Shown: in pieces, positions 46,487 through 57,180 of the stretch
Layout of the letters: each line of letters opens with the position of its first letter
How positions within the stretch are numbered: position 1 is the stretch's first letter
DNA from: Vulcanimicrobiota bacterium
GTDB taxonomy: Bacteria > Vulcanimicrobiota > Vulcanimicrobiia > Vulcanimicrobiales > Vulcanimicrobiaceae
NCBI GenBank assembly: GCA_963786105.1
Contig: CAWAXX010000017.1
Coordinates: forward strand, 128,001-192,000
DNA length: 64,000 nt
Direction of reading: 5' to 3'
The notes under the pieces: model-generated
What the model was told of the DNA's origin: nothing
Databases searched by the model: none
What the model saw: only the letters and a program-made list of their open reading frames with translations
Program-made: the position numbers and the translations under genes

Positions 46487-47815
46487 ATGGATGCGGTGCT
46501 GGCCGACCGGCTGCAGTTTGCCTTCACCGTCATGTTCCATTATTTGTTTCCGATCGGCACGATGGGGTTGGCGCCGTTCGTAGCCTACTATACCTGGAGG
46601 GCGGCGTACGCCGACGACGCCGAGGCGGCCAAGGCAGCGCGCTTCTGGACCAAGATCTTCTCGATAAACTTCGCCGCCGGCGTCGTAACCGGAATCCCGA
46701 TGGAGTTCCAGTTCGGAACCAACTGGGCGGAATTCTCGCGTGTCAGTGGGAGCGTCGTCGGCCAGCCGCTCGCCATGGAAGCCGTCTTTGCGTTTTTTCT
46801 CGAGTCGATCTTTCTGGGCGTGTTGCTTTACGGCAGCCGCGGCCATCCTTCGCGCTTCGTCGCCTGGTCGGCCGTCCTGGTCGGTATCGGCTCCTGGCTC
46901 TCTGGGTATTTCGTCGTCGCCGCCAATGCGTGGATGCAGCACCCGGTGGGTTACGCGATCGGACGGGACGGAAAAATCGAACTGCAAAGTATCGGCGCGC
47001 TCTTGCTGTCCACCTGGGCCTGGTGGCAGTTCGCGCACGTGCTCGCCGGCGCACTGGTGGCCGGCGCGTTCGTCGTCGCGGGGTGCGGCGCGTACTACTT
47101 GCTGGCGAAGCGAGAAGCGACGCTCGGCCGGCGTTTCGTGCGCGCCGGGACGATCGCCGCCTTCATTTTTGCGGCGATTGCCGCCTTTCCCACCGGCGAC
47201 GGCAACGCCAACGATGTCACGCAGTATCAGCCGATAAAGCTGGCCGCCATGGAGGGACTCTTCAAATCGACGAACGGTGCCCCGCTGGCCATTATCGGGA
47301 TGCCCGACACGGTGACCGGCACGCTGGTCGATCCAATTTTCGTTCCGGGATTTCTGAGCTACCTCGCGTACGGCAATACTAATGCCGGCGTCAAAGGGCT
47401 GAGCGCGTACGCGCGCGCGCAGTGGCCGCCCGTGGAGCTAACGTACTACGCGTATCACGTCATGGTCGGGCTGGGCACGATCTTCGGAGCAATCGGCGGG
47501 ATCGCACTGGTAGCGCTGCTCCTCGGGCGGCTGTACACCGCCCGTTGGATCTTGTGGCTGCTCATGCTGCTCATGCCGTTTCCATACATCGCTAACGAAG
47601 CGGGTTGGATGGTCAGCGAAGTCGGACGCCAGCCATGGGTCGTGTACGGAATCATGCACACCGCGGTAGCTAGTTCGCCTAGCGTCAACAGCGGCGAGGT
47701 CGTCTTTACGACTATCGGATTTGCAGGTATGTACTTCTTGCTCGGCGTGCTCTTCATTCTGCTAATACTGCGCGAGATCGGTCGCGGCCCTTCGCAGGCA
47801 GCCGAGAACGCCTAG
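46487..47815 (+). CDS. cydA: Cytochrome bd oxidase subunit I
   Basis: RLQFAFT.MFHYLF; GVVTGIPMEFQFGTNW; AFFLES; ANAWMQHP; QPIKLAAMEG; GW..SEVGRQPW. Confidence 0.96.
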   Translation: MDAVLADRLQFAFTVMFHYLFPIGTMGLAPFVAYYTWRAAYADDAEAAKAARFWTKIFSINFAAGVVTGIPMEFQFGTNWAEFSRVSGSVVGQPLAMEAVFAFFLESIFLGVLLYGSRGHPSRFVAWSAVLVGIGSWLSGYFVVAANAWMQHPVGYAIGRDGKIELQSIGALLLSTWAWWQFAHVLAGALVAGAFVVAGCGAYYLLAKREATLGRRFVRAGTIAAFIFAAIAAFPTGDGNANDVTQYQPIKLAAMEGLFKSTNGAPLAIIGMPDTVTGTLVDPIFVPGFLSYLAYGNTNAGVKGLSAYARAQWPPVELTYYAYHVMVGLGTIFGAIGGIALVALLLGRLYTARWILWLLMLLMPFPYIANEAGWMVSEVGRQPWVVYGIMHTAVASSPSVNSGEVVFTTIGFAGMYFLLGVLFILLILREIGRGPSQAAENA

Positions 47816-48807
47816 TGTTGCCTTCGATCGCTTTCGGCGTCATCGCGTTCATGTTGACCGCCTATGTCCTGCTCGACGGCTACGACCTCGGCATCGCCGC
47901 AATCTCGCCGCTGATTGCGCGCACCGACCGCGAGCGGGCCGCGACCATGGCGAGCATCGGGCCTTTTTGGAACGGTAACGAGGTGTGGCTGATTGCCGCC
48001 GGCGGCGCCTTGTTTGCGCTCTTTCCATCGGCTTACGCGTCGTCTTTCTCGGGTTTCTACCTTCCGCTTGTGGTGATGCTATGGATGCTGATGTTCCGCG
48101 GCATCGCTATGGAGCTACGCGACCATCTCGCGTCGCATCTGTGGCGCCAGTTTTGGGACGCGGCGTTCTGGCTCTCGAGTACGTTCCTCATCGTGCTCTT
48201 CGGCGTCGCGCTGGGAAACCTGCTGCGCGGCGTGCCGCTGGACGCGCACGGGTATTTTGCCGGCACGTTTGCCTTTCTGCTCAATCCATACGCGCTGTTG
48301 CTTTCGGTCTTCGCACTCGTAACGCTCGCGCAGCACGGGGCCGCGTTCGCGATGGTGCGGATCGACGGCGATCCGGCGTTACGGGCCGCGCGCCTGCTGC
48401 GGTGGTTATGGTGGGCGGCGTTGGCGCTCTATCTCGTTACGAGCGTGGCGACCTTCGCAGTGCGCGGCGCGCCGGCGAGTGCGTGGCTCTACGTCGTGCC
48501 GGCCGTATCCGTCGGCGCGCTGGCCGTCTTGCAGTGGTCGCTGCGGCATGGTCGAGCCGGAGCGGCGTTTGCGTCGTCGTCGACGTTCATCGCTTCGCTG
48601 CTGCTGGAAGCTGCTGGGACGCTGTATCCATATTTGTTGCCGGCATTTCCGGCCGGCCGTAGCGCCGGCATATCTATTGAGGGCGCAATCCCGTCGCCTC
48701 CGGCGTTGACGGTTGCGCTCACGGTGACCGTGGCCGGCAGCATTGCCGCGCTGGCCTATGGGTCGGTGGTATGGCGACGAATGGCGGGCAAGGTTCGCGT
48801 CGAATGA
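47815..48807 (+). CDS. cydB: Cytochrome bd oxidase subunit II
   Basis: LDGYDLG; IGPFWNGNEVWL; FP.AYA..FSGFY; RGIA.E.R. Confidence 0.95.
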   Translation: MLPSIAFGVIAFMLTAYVLLDGYDLGIAAISPLIARTDRERAATMASIGPFWNGNEVWLIAAGGALFALFPSAYASSFSGFYLPLVVMLWMLMFRGIAMELRDHLASHLWRQFWDAAFWLSSTFLIVLFGVALGNLLRGVPLDAHGYFAGTFAFLLNPYALLLSVFALVTLAQHGAAFAMVRIDGDPALRAARLLRWLWWAALALYLVTSVATFAVRGAPASAWLYVVPAVSVGALAVLQWSLRHGRAGAAFASSSTFIASLLLEAAGTLYPYLLPAFPAGRSAGISIEGAIPSPPALTVALTVTVAGSIAALAYGSVVWRRMAGKVRVE

Positions 48808-48811
48808 ACGC

Positions 48812-49954
48812 ATGGTGACGAATTACGTGGCGCGTGCGCTGGCCTCGTACGATCGCTCGCGATTGACGCTGGCCTCGATCGGTAGCCATTCGGCGCTCGA
48901 TGTCGCCTATGGTGCGCGCGCGCAAGGATTACGCAATCTCGTGATTACGGCCAGAGGGCGAGAGCGAACCTACACCGAGCATTTCAGACGGCGCGAATCC
49001 CCCGGGCCGCCGCGCGGCTGCGTGGACGACGTGCTCGAACTGGACGAATTTCCCGAGATCCTGCGTGACGACGTGCAGCGCCGCCTGCTCGCCGACAACG
49101 TCATCTTCGTGCCGAACCGGTCCTTCGAAGTCTACCTTCATCAACGCTACGGCTACGACGAAATCGAACGCGGCATGCTGGTTCCGTTTTTCGGCAATCG
49201 GGGACTACTTCGTGCCGAGGAGCGCGACGAGGCGCGCAATCAATACGCGCTGATGGACCGAGCGGGGATCCGGTATCCTAAACGTTTTGCGTCCCCGTAC
49301 GACATCGATCGCTTGGTGATGGTGAAAGCGCCCCACGCACGGGTGAGTTTCGAGCGGGCGTTCTTCCTTGTTTCCTCACCGAAGGAATTCGAGAGCTCGG
49401 TGAACCGGCTCGTGAGCGACGGCATGCTAACCGAAGACGGACTCGCGGGCGCGGTGATTGAGGAGTATGCGCTGGGACCGTCCGTCAACCTAAACTTCTT
49501 TCAGTCGCCGGTTTTGGGAGAACTCGAGTTGAGCGGAACCGACACGCGGCGCCAGACGAATCTTGAGGGCTTCCGCAATCTCCCCCCATCGGCGCTCGAG
49601 GCGCTGCGTGAAGTACCGATGCGCCTCGAGGAGGCCGGTCACATCGCAACCACGCTCACCGAGTCGATGCTCGAAAAGGCGTTCGAGTTGGGGGAGCGCT
49701 TCGTGGCGGCGGCGGCCGCGGAAAACCCGCCCGGCGTGATCGGCCCGTTCGCCCTACAGTGCATCATCGTTGCCGGGCCGCCGAAAGAGTTCGTATGCTA
49801 TGATGTATCGCTGCGCATTCCTGGATCGCCGGGGACTCGTTACACGCCGTACTCGGCATATCGCTGGGGGCGCGACGTGTCGGTCGGCGAGCGCATCGCC
49901 ATGGAAATTTCGATGGCGCGTGACACCAATCGCTTAGAATCGGTTTTGACCTAA
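48812..49954 (+). CDS. PurP-like ATP-grasp protein, paralog 2 (divergent)
   Basis: IGSHSALDV; PNRSF.VY; FGNR.LLR.EER; GPFALQ; DVSLRIPGSPG; VGERIAMEI. Confidence 0.85.
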   Translation: MVTNYVARALASYDRSRLTLASIGSHSALDVAYGARAQGLRNLVITARGRERTYTEHFRRRESPGPPRGCVDDVLELDEFPEILRDDVQRRLLADNVIFVPNRSFEVYLHQRYGYDEIERGMLVPFFGNRGLLRAEERDEARNQYALMDRAGIRYPKRFASPYDIDRLVMVKAPHARVSFERAFFLVSSPKEFESSVNRLVSDGMLTEDGLAGAVIEEYALGPSVNLNFFQSPVLGELELSGTDTRRQTNLEGFRNLPPSALEALREVPMRLEEAGHIATTLTESMLEKAFELGERFVAAAAAENPPGVIGPFALQCIIVAGPPKEFVCYDVSLRIPGSPGTRYTPYSAYRWGRDVSVGERIAMEISMARDTNRLESVLT

Positions 49955-49986
49955 CATATAGCCGTTGAAACCGTTTGGGAGGCAGT

Positions 49987-50529
49987 ATGAGCGCGCAAAA
50001 CGTGCAGGAACGTAGCGGAGTGGTGACGTTCAAAGGTAAACCGATGACTTTGCAGGGCCCGGCTCTGCAGGAGGGCGCCCCGGCGCCGGAATTTCGACTG
50101 ACGGCCGGCGATCTCGCGAGCGTGTCCGTGGACGAACTGGTGGACGCCGGCAAGCGCGCCGCGCTGCTGATCGTGGTCCCCTCACTCGACACGAGCGTCT
50201 GCTCGCTCGAATCGCAGAAGTTCAACCAACGCCTCGGCGAACTTCCCGCCGGCGTGAGCGCATGGGTCGTGAGCATGGATCTTCCGTTCGCGCAAGCGCG
50301 CTGGTCGAGCGCGCAGGAAGGCGACGTACGGCTAGGGATGCTGTCGGACTACCGCGATCGGAGTTTCGGACTCAACTACGGGCTGCTTATCGCCGAGCTG
50401 GACTTACTGGCGCGCGCGATCGTCGTCATCGGAAAAGACAAGAATGTGGCCTACGTGCAGATCGTCCCGGAGGTTGCGCAAGAGCCCGACTACGACGCGG
50501 CGTTGAAGGCGGCGGCCGCTGCCGCCTGA
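49987..50529 (+). CDS. tpx: Thiol peroxidase
   Basis: [39 protein letters not shown]. Confidence 0.93.
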   Translation: MSAQNVQERSGVVTFKGKPMTLQGPALQEGAPAPEFRLTAGDLASVSVDELVDAGKRAALLIVVPSLDTSVCSLESQKFNQRLGELPAGVSAWVVSMDLPFAQARWSSAQEGDVRLGMLSDYRDRSFGLNYGLLIAELDLLARAIVVIGKDKNVAYVQIVPEVAQEPDYDAALKAAAAAA

Positions 50530-50539
50530 CGCCGAAGCG

Positions 50540-52084
50540 GTGACGCGCCGCACCGTTTTCATTCTCGACTTCGGCGCACAGTACAGCCAGCTAATCGCGC
50601 GGCGCACGCGTGAGTTGGGTGCCTATTGCGAGATCGTGCCGTTCGACACGCCGTGGAGCGAGCTCGCGGCGCGGGCGCCGGCGGCGTTGATCCTCTCGGG
50701 TGGTCCCGCGAGCACGCTGGTTGAGGATGCACCCGGAATCGATCCCGCGATCGTGGCCAGCGGCGTTCCGATGTTGGGGATCTGCTACGGCATGCAACTG
50801 CTGGCGCGCGAACTCGGAGCGGAGTTGGTGAAACTGGATCACGCGGAGTACGGCCCGGCGACGTTGCGCGTCGTGGACCGCTCCACGCCCCTCTTCGACG
50901 ACGTGCCTGCCGAGATTCGCGTGTGGATGTCGCACGGCGACTCGGTGGTGCGGCTGCCTGCCGGTTTTTCGGCCCTGGGGTCGACGCAGCGCTGCAACGT
51001 CGCAGCGATGGCCGACCCGCAACGGCGAGTCTACGCCGTGCAATTTCATCCCGAGGTGGTACACACCGAGCATGGGCGCGCGATCTTACAAAACTTTCTG
51101 CAGAAGGTTGCCGGTCTCGCGGACGAGTGGCGGATGGAGTCGTTCGTCGATTCGGCGATCGAAGCGATACGTGCGAAGATCGGAGGCGACAAGGTCATCT
51201 GCGCGTTATCGGGCGGGGTCGACTCGGCGGTGGCGGCGACCCTGGTATCGCGCGCGATCGGCGAGCAGCTAACCTGCATTTTCGTCGATCACGGCCTGCT
51301 GCGTAAGAACGAAGCCGAGCAAGTCGTTGCGGCGTTTCGCGACGTGATGCACCTCAACGTGTTGGCGATCGACGCTCGCAAGCGCTTCTTGAAAAAACTC
51401 AAAGGCGTGACCGATCCCGAAAAAAAGCGGGTGATTATCGGTCACGAATTCATCCGCGTGTTTGAAAAACAGGCCGAGAAGATCCCCGGTGTCAAGTTTT
51501 TGGTACAGGGCACGCTGTATCCGGACGTGATCGAATCCAAGACGCCGGAAAGCAAAGCGGGCCACAAGATTAAGTCGCATCACAACGTGGGCGGCCTACC
51601 AGAGAAGATGAACTTCGGTTTAATCGAGCCGCTACGACTGCTCTTTAAGGATGAAGTCCGCGAGCTCGGGCGCGTGCTTGGATTGCCCGAAGACATCGTG
51701 CGGCGCCAGCCGTTTCCCGGACCGGGCTTGGCCGTCCGCATCATCGGAGCCGTCACTCCCGAACGCCTGGAGATCGTCCGCGAAGCCGACGCGATCGTCC
51801 GCGAGGAGATCGACGCCGCACCCCTCGACCCGCATCCTTGGCAGTACTTTGCGGTCCTCACCCCGGTTCGGAGCGTTGGTGTGATGGGCGATGGCCGCAC
51901 CTATGCAAATCTGGTTGCCGTTCGCGCGATCACCAGCGAAGACGGAATGACGGCGGACTGGGCGCGCCTGCCGCACGCATTGCTCGAGCGGATATCGTCG
52001 CGCGTCGTTAACGAGGTGAACGGCGTGAACCGCGTCGCCTACGACGTAACGACCAAGCCGCCGGCGACGGTGGAGTGGGAATAG
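50540..52084 (+). CDS. guaA: GMP synthase (glutamine-hydrolysing)
   Basis: [64 protein letters not shown]. Confidence 0.98.
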   Translation: MTRRTVFILDFGAQYSQLIARRTRELGAYCEIVPFDTPWSELAARAPAALILSGGPASTLVEDAPGIDPAIVASGVPMLGICYGMQLLARELGAELVKLDHAEYGPATLRVVDRSTPLFDDVPAEIRVWMSHGDSVVRLPAGFSALGSTQRCNVAAMADPQRRVYAVQFHPEVVHTEHGRAILQNFLQKVAGLADEWRMESFVDSAIEAIRAKIGGDKVICALSGGVDSAVAATLVSRAIGEQLTCIFVDHGLLRKNEAEQVVAAFRDVMHLNVLAIDARKRFLKKLKGVTDPEKKRVIIGHEFIRVFEKQAEKIPGVKFLVQGTLYPDVIESKTPESKAGHKIKSHHNVGGLPEKMNFGLIEPLRLLFKDEVRELGRVLGLPEDIVRRQPFPGPGLAVRIIGAVTPERLEIVREADAIVREEIDAAPLDPHPWQYFAVLTPVRSVGVMGDGRTYANLVAVRAITSEDGMTADWARLPHALLERISSRVVNEVNGVNRVAYDVTTKPPATVEWE

Positions 52085-52090
52085 CGGCAC

Positions 52091-53374
52091 GTGCGTATCC
52101 TGGTCATCGGAAACGGAGCGCGGGAGGACGCGCTATCGTGGCGGCTGGCGCAGTCGCCATCGTGCGACGCAATCTTCGCCGCACCCGGAAATGCGGGCAC
52201 GGCATCGCGCGGCGAGAACTGGAACGTGGCCGCCACCGACGGCAAAGCACTGGTCGAAAAATGCCGTGAGGAACGCATCGATTTCGTCGTGATCGGTCCG
52301 GAAACGGCGATTGCGGCGGGCGTCGGCGACCATCTGCGCGAGGCGGGGCTTGCCGTATTTGGGCCCAACCGCTCGGGCGGACGCCTCGAATCGAGTAAAG
52401 TGTTTGCCAAGCGATTCATGGAGCGCCATAGCATTCCGACGGCGCGGGCCGTGGTGGTGCATGCGCTCGACGGTGCGATGAAGGCGCTGGACGCCTGGAA
52501 AAGCGGTGGCGTAGTCATCAAGGCCGACGGCTTGGCTGCGGGTAAAGGCGTTATCGTCTGCGCGGACACCGATTCCGCACGCGCGGCGTTGGCGCAGTGG
52601 TACGCGAGGAACAAAGTACCGGGCGGCGGCTCCGACGTGTTGCTGGAAGAAGTCCTCGAGGGCCGGGAAGTGAGCGTGTTCGCACTCGCCGACGGCCGCG
52701 CGATGGCACCGATGTCGGCGGCGTGCGACTACAAGCGCGCCGGAGACGGCGACACCGGTCCGAACACCGGCGGCATGGGTGCGTACTCGCCGCCGAGCGG
52801 GTTTCCCGAGGATTTGTACGACCGCGTGCGCGAGCGTATTCTGGCGCCGGTGTTGCGCGGATTGTTGGCGGAGGGCGAGGAGTACGTCGGCGTCTTGTAC
52901 TGCGGTCTAATGTGGACGGCCGACGGCCCGTACGTCATCGAGTTCAACGTTCGTTTCGGCGATCCGGAGACGCAGGTTCTGATGCCGCGCATCGGCGGCG
53001 ACTTCGCGCAGCTGCTCAAATCGGCCGCCGACGGCGCGATGGATCTTTCGCTCGCGACGCTCTCGGCACAGAGCTGCGTCGGCGTCGTGCTCGCGACCGG
53101 CGACTACCCTCGCAGCAACACGGCGCTTCGCGACTTGAGCGCCGACGTCGCCCTTGGCGAGGGCTGTCAGGCATTTTGGGGCAGCTCGACGCGCGTCGAC
53201 GGAAAGGTTAACACCGGCGGCGGTCGCGTCCTGACGGTCACCGCGCTCGGCGACGACCTGGAACGGGCCCGGAATCGCGCCTACGAGTCGGTCAGAACGC
53301 TGGCGCTGCGCCTCGGAACGAACGCGCTGACCTACCGGACGGATATCGGAAAAATCGCCGGCGCTACGGGCTAG
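52091..53374 (+). CDS. purD: Phosphoribosylamine-glycine ligase
   Basis: G.GARE.AL; APGNAG; GPE; LESSK.FAK; KADGLAAGKGV; GPNTGGMGAYSP; EFNVRFGDPETQ. Confidence 0.97.
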   Translation: MRILVIGNGAREDALSWRLAQSPSCDAIFAAPGNAGTASRGENWNVAATDGKALVEKCREERIDFVVIGPETAIAAGVGDHLREAGLAVFGPNRSGGRLESSKVFAKRFMERHSIPTARAVVVHALDGAMKALDAWKSGGVVIKADGLAAGKGVIVCADTDSARAALAQWYARNKVPGGGSDVLLEEVLEGREVSVFALADGRAMAPMSAACDYKRAGDGDTGPNTGGMGAYSPPSGFPEDLYDRVRERILAPVLRGLLAEGEEYVGVLYCGLMWTADGPYVIEFNVRFGDPETQVLMPRIGGDFAQLLKSAADGAMDLSLATLSAQSCVGVVLATGDYPRSNTALRDLSADVALGEGCQAFWGSSTRVDGKVNTGGGRVLTVTALGDDLERARNRAYESVRTLALRLGTNALTYRTDIGKIAGATG

Positions 53375-53467
53375 CGCCGGCCAGGGCCGTGCCGCGACGA
53401 CTTCGGGGCAGGCGGCTCCGCGGGTTGGTTGTAACTTCGGGGCTGGACGGAGGTTCATAGCTAACGT

Positions 53468-54145
53468 ATGGCTTTTCGATTTCAACAGCCGCCGCGGTCG
53501 CCGTACGGCGCTCCGCTGGCGCCGGCGATACCGACTCATTCACTGCTCGCGCAGGTACTCGGCATCACCGCCCTGGGTCTGTGCGTAACGGCGCTGGCGG
53601 CGTACGTCGCGCAGGGCGTGTCGCCGGGCCTTGGCTTAGTCGCATTGATCGGCGGCTTCATTCTGCTGTTTGCGATCAACGGGACGCGGAACAACGCAGC
53701 GCTGTCGCTGACGCTGTTTTATGCGTTCGCATTCCTGGAAGGCGTCGGCATCGCTCCGACGATCGGCCGGTACGTTCAGACGGTCGGGCCGAGCGTCGTC
53801 GTCAACGCAGCGCTGACGACGGGTTTGGGCATGTTTGCCTTGGCCGCCATCGTGTATGCGACCGGTCTGGATCTGCGGCGTTTCCAAGGGATCTTCTTTA
53901 TCGCGCTGCTGGGTTTGGTCGTCTTCGGCATCGTCTCGATCTTCGTACGCTTCGTGCATCCCGAGGTCTACGCGTGGCTGACCCTGGTCATTTTTACCGG
54001 CCTCGTGCTGATCGATTTCGCGCGGATTCGGGCGGGGGGCGACGGACTCACTCCGGTGCAGATGGCGGTCAGCATCTATCTCGACGTGATTAACATTTTC
54101 CTCGCCTTGCTTCAGATTTTCGGCGGTCGCCGATCGAGCGATTGA
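53468..54145 (+). CDS. Bax inhibitor-1/YccA family membrane protein
   Basis: Seven hydrophobic segments; C-terminal AVSIYLD.INIFL.LL. Confidence 0.88.
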   Translation: MAFRFQQPPRSPYGAPLAPAIPTHSLLAQVLGITALGLCVTALAAYVAQGVSPGLGLVALIGGFILLFAINGTRNNAALSLTLFYAFAFLEGVGIAPTIGRYVQTVGPSVVVNAALTTGLGMFALAAIVYATGLDLRRFQGIFFIALLGLVVFGIVSIFVRFVHPEVYAWLTLVIFTGLVLIDFARIRAGGDGLTPVQMAVSIYLDVINIFLALLQIFGGRRSSD

Positions 54146-54184
54146 CGTGGACCGGCTCGACCCGGGACGAAATCGGGCCGGGCC

Positions 54185-54193
54185 TGGTATAAT
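54185..54193 (+). promoter_or_regulatory. Extended -10 promoter element for purF
   Basis: TGG-TATAAT, 8 nt before ATG 54202. Confidence 0.65.
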
Positions 54194-54201
54194 GTAAGGA
54201 G

Positions 54202-55596
54202 ATGTGCGGGATTACGGGGGTCTTTGCGCCGGGTCGCGACGCAGCCCGCCTCGCGTACTTCGCGCTATTCGCCCTTCAGCATCGCGGCCAGGAGTCGGCG
54301 GGCATCGCTGCCGCCGACGGCGGAACGATTCGGTCGCACAAAGAGATGGGGTTGCTGAGCGCCATTTTCGACGAAAGCATCCTCGCGCAACTCAGCGGAC
54401 ACATTGCCGTCGGCCACACGCGCTACTCGACGACGGGATCGTCGATCGTGGTCAACGCGCAGCCGCTGCTCGAGCGAACCGAGCTCGGCGACTTCGCGTT
54501 CGTGCACAATGGGAACATTACCAACACCGACGAGTTGCGTGAAACGCTCTCGCCGACGACCGTCCTGCAGGCCAGCTCCGATTCCGAAGTCGTCGCCAAG
54601 TTGTTGGTCGAGTCAAAGGGCTCGATGGTCGACCGGATCAAGGCGGTGCTCGCGTCAGCGCGCGGTGCGTATTCGGTCGTCCTCTGCACGCAGGACGAGT
54701 TGTACGCGTTTCGGGATCCCTGGGGCGTGCGCCCGCTCTGTCTGGGAACTCTAAGCGACGGCGGCTACGTGGTCGCGTCGGAGTCGTGTGCGTTGGGGAC
54801 CATCGGCGCGCAGTACGTGCGCGAAATCGAGCGCGGCGAAATCTTGCGCATTACCTCCGGGGGGATCGAGTCGTTTCAAACCGATGTCGAAACGGCAACC
54901 CCGGCGCTGTGCATGTTCGAATACATCTACTTCGCGCGTCCCGATTCAAAGTTCAACGAACGTTCGATTTACATGGCGCGATACGCCATGGGCCGCCAAC
55001 TCGCTAAGGAACATCCGGTCGAGGCCGACGTCGTTATGGCGGTCCCCGACTCGGCGGTCCCCGGCGGTATCGGCTACGCGACCGAGAGCGGCTTGCCGTA
55101 CATCGAGGGTCTCATCAAGAACCGCTACATCGGGCGAACGTTCATCAGCCCGGATCAATCGATGCGATCCCGCGGCGTCCATCTTAAGTTCAATCCGGTC
55201 GTCGAGAATCTCATCGGCCAGCGGGTAATCGTCGTGGACGACTCGATCGTGCGAGGCACGACGACGCCACGCATCGTCGCCCTGCTGCGCGAGGCCGGAG
55301 CGACCGAAGTTCACCTGCGCATCACGTCGCCGCCGATCAAACACCCGTGCTATCTTGGCGTCGACATGGCGACGTACGACGAACTCGTGGCGGCGAACTA
55401 TACGGTAGAACAGATTCGCGAACGAACCGGCGCCGACTCACTCGGGTACCTCAGCCTAGCCGGACTGATTGCCGCGAGCGGTCGCAAACGCGAGGAGATG
55501 TGCCTAGGCTGTCTGACCGGGGAGTATCCGAACGCGCCGGCGACGCACCAGGTACGTATGCTCGCAGAACCGAAAGTTGCGGGCGTATCTACCTAA
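54202..55596 (+). CDS. purF: Amidophosphoribosyltransferase
   Basis: MCG start; LQHRGQESAG; GHTRYST; HNG; RDPWGVRPL; CMFEYIYF.RPDS; VDDSIVRGTT; C..C. Confidence 0.98.
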   Translation: MCGITGVFAPGRDAARLAYFALFALQHRGQESAGIAAADGGTIRSHKEMGLLSAIFDESILAQLSGHIAVGHTRYSTTGSSIVVNAQPLLERTELGDFAFVHNGNITNTDELRETLSPTTVLQASSDSEVVAKLLVESKGSMVDRIKAVLASARGAYSVVLCTQDELYAFRDPWGVRPLCLGTLSDGGYVVASESCALGTIGAQYVREIERGEILRITSGGIESFQTDVETATPALCMFEYIYFARPDSKFNERSIYMARYAMGRQLAKEHPVEADVVMAVPDSAVPGGIGYATESGLPYIEGLIKNRYIGRTFISPDQSMRSRGVHLKFNPVVENLIGQRVIVVDDSIVRGTTTPRIVALLREAGATEVHLRITSPPIKHPCYLGVDMATYDELVAANYTVEQIRERTGADSLGYLSLAGLIAASGRKREEMCLGCLTGEYPNAPATHQVRMLAEPKVAGVST

Positions 55597-55606
55597 GAGG
55601 ACGCTG

Positions 55607-56263
55607 ATGAGCCGTTGGTATCCATTTTTTTCTGTGGCGTGGATCGTGGCGCTGACGGCGTGCGAATCGTCTCACGTATCCCCGTTGCCGCAGAACGGCG
55701 GAAGCGCGTGGAACGCGAGCGATGCCGTTGTGCCGGAAGTAAACCCGATTTTGCAAAACGGGTCGTTTGAGACGCCGGTCGTCCCCTCTGGATCGTATAC
55801 GAGCTATAACACGGGTCAGAACTTCTCGCATTGGACGGTCGTGGGCGCGGCCGGCAACGTCTCCGTCGTAAGCGATTCCTTCGTTTACAATGGGTACAAC
55901 TTTCCGGCCGGATGCGGCAAGCAGTGGCTTGACCTGACGGGCACGAGCCAGTCAAAGACCGGCGTGCTTGCGCACATCCAGACGGTGTCGGGGAAGACGT
56001 ACGCGATTGCGTTCGAGGTTGGGAATGCGTATGACCCGACTGGTAATATCGGCACGTCCAGCACCGTATTCGTCTATGTCAATGGGAAGAAGATCTTTTC
56101 GGCAAAGAACACAAAAGGCAAGGGCGTAAAGCATCAAGTGTGGCAGAAGTTTTCCACGCAGTTCACGGCACAGTCGACAAAAGCGTCGATCAAGTTCCTC
56201 AACGGCGACCCGCCAACGGATACGGATAACGGACTCGATTGCGTCGCGGTGACGCAGGTCTGA
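55607..56263 (+). CDS. Secreted DUF642-like carbohydrate-binding-fold lipoprotein
   Basis: Lipobox LTAC; LQNGSFETP; G.QWLDL.G; LD.V.V. Confidence 0.7.
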   Translation: MSRWYPFFSVAWIVALTACESSHVSPLPQNGGSAWNASDAVVPEVNPILQNGSFETPVVPSGSYTSYNTGQNFSHWTVVGAAGNVSVVSDSFVYNGYNFPAGCGKQWLDLTGTSQSKTGVLAHIQTVSGKTYAIAFEVGNAYDPTGNIGTSSTVFVYVNGKKIFSAKNTKGKGVKHQVWQKFSTQFTAQSTKASIKFLNGDPPTDTDNGLDCVAVTQV

Positions 56264-56291
56264 TGCAAAACGGTTTCTAGCCGCCGACTCC

Positions 56292-57134
56292 TTAGGCGGC
56301 CGGAAAGGTCCCGTCGCGGACGTCGCGGGCATAGGCGCCCAGCGCTTCGGTCGCGAGGCGGCCTACCTCTGCATAGCGCTTTGCGAACGAGGGGGAGTGC
56401 GAGTACATCCCGAGGATGTCATGAAGCACCAGCACTTGCGAGTCGCAGTGCGGTCCTGAGCCGATGCCGATCGTGGGAATCGATAACATCTCCGTGATCT
56501 CACGCGAGATTTCGTGGTCGACCACTTCGAGGACGATCGCATATGCGCCGGCGGATTCAATCGCGCGGGCGTCGTCGATCAAGCGATCGCGATGCGTGCG
56601 CATTTTGAATCCCGGACCGAGCCCGGCGGTCTGCGGCGTTACGCCGATGTGTCCCACGACCGGAATCCCACTGCGCGCGATGGCCCGGACGCGCTCGGCT
56701 TCGTAGACGCCGCCTTCGAGTTTTACCGAACAAGCGCCGCCGTCTTTGATAAACCGAATCGCCGAGCGGAGCGCGTCTTCATTGCTGACTTGATACGAGC
56801 CGAAAGGCATGTCGGCGATGATGTGGGCGCGAGCCGTTCCTCGTACGACCGCCTGCGAATGGTGAATGATTTGCTCGATCGTGACCGGGGTCGTCTCGTC
56901 GTATCCGAGCACCACGTTGCCGACGCTGTCGCCGACGAGAATGACGTCGATGCCGGCGTCTTCGACGAACTGACCGAACGGCGCGTCGTAGGCGGTCGCG
57001 ACCGGAAAGCGGGTTTTGCCTTTGCGGCGCTTGATCGCTCCGGCGGTGAGGCGGCGGATGGCCGGATTTTTTTCAGGCTCGTACGGACGGGCGTCGGCTG
57101 CCCCGTTCAGTGCCTTTTTTACTGAGGTGTACAC
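56292..57134 (-). CDS. panB: Ketopantoate hydroxymethyltransferase
   Basis: TAYD; ILVGDS; ADMPFGSY; VKLEGG; GHIG.TPQ; PTIGIGSG; QVLV.HD. Confidence 0.96.
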   Translation of the reverse strand: MYTSVKKALNGAADARPYEPEKNPAIRRLTAGAIKRRKGKTRFPVATAYDAPFGQFVEDAGIDVILVGDSVGNVVLGYDETTPVTIEQIIHHSQAVVRGTARAHIIADMPFGSYQVSNEDALRSAIRFIKDGGACSVKLEGGVYEAERVRAIARSGIPVVGHIGVTPQTAGLGPGFKMRTHRDRLIDDARAIESAGAYAIVLEVVDHEISREITEMLSIPTIGIGSGPHCDSQVLVLHDILGMYSHSPSFAKRYAEVGRLATEALGAYARDVRDGTFPAA

Positions 57135-57180
57135 GGTACCAGAGCCGTTCGTTGAGGGCGCGCCAAACCCCCGTCCTGCG

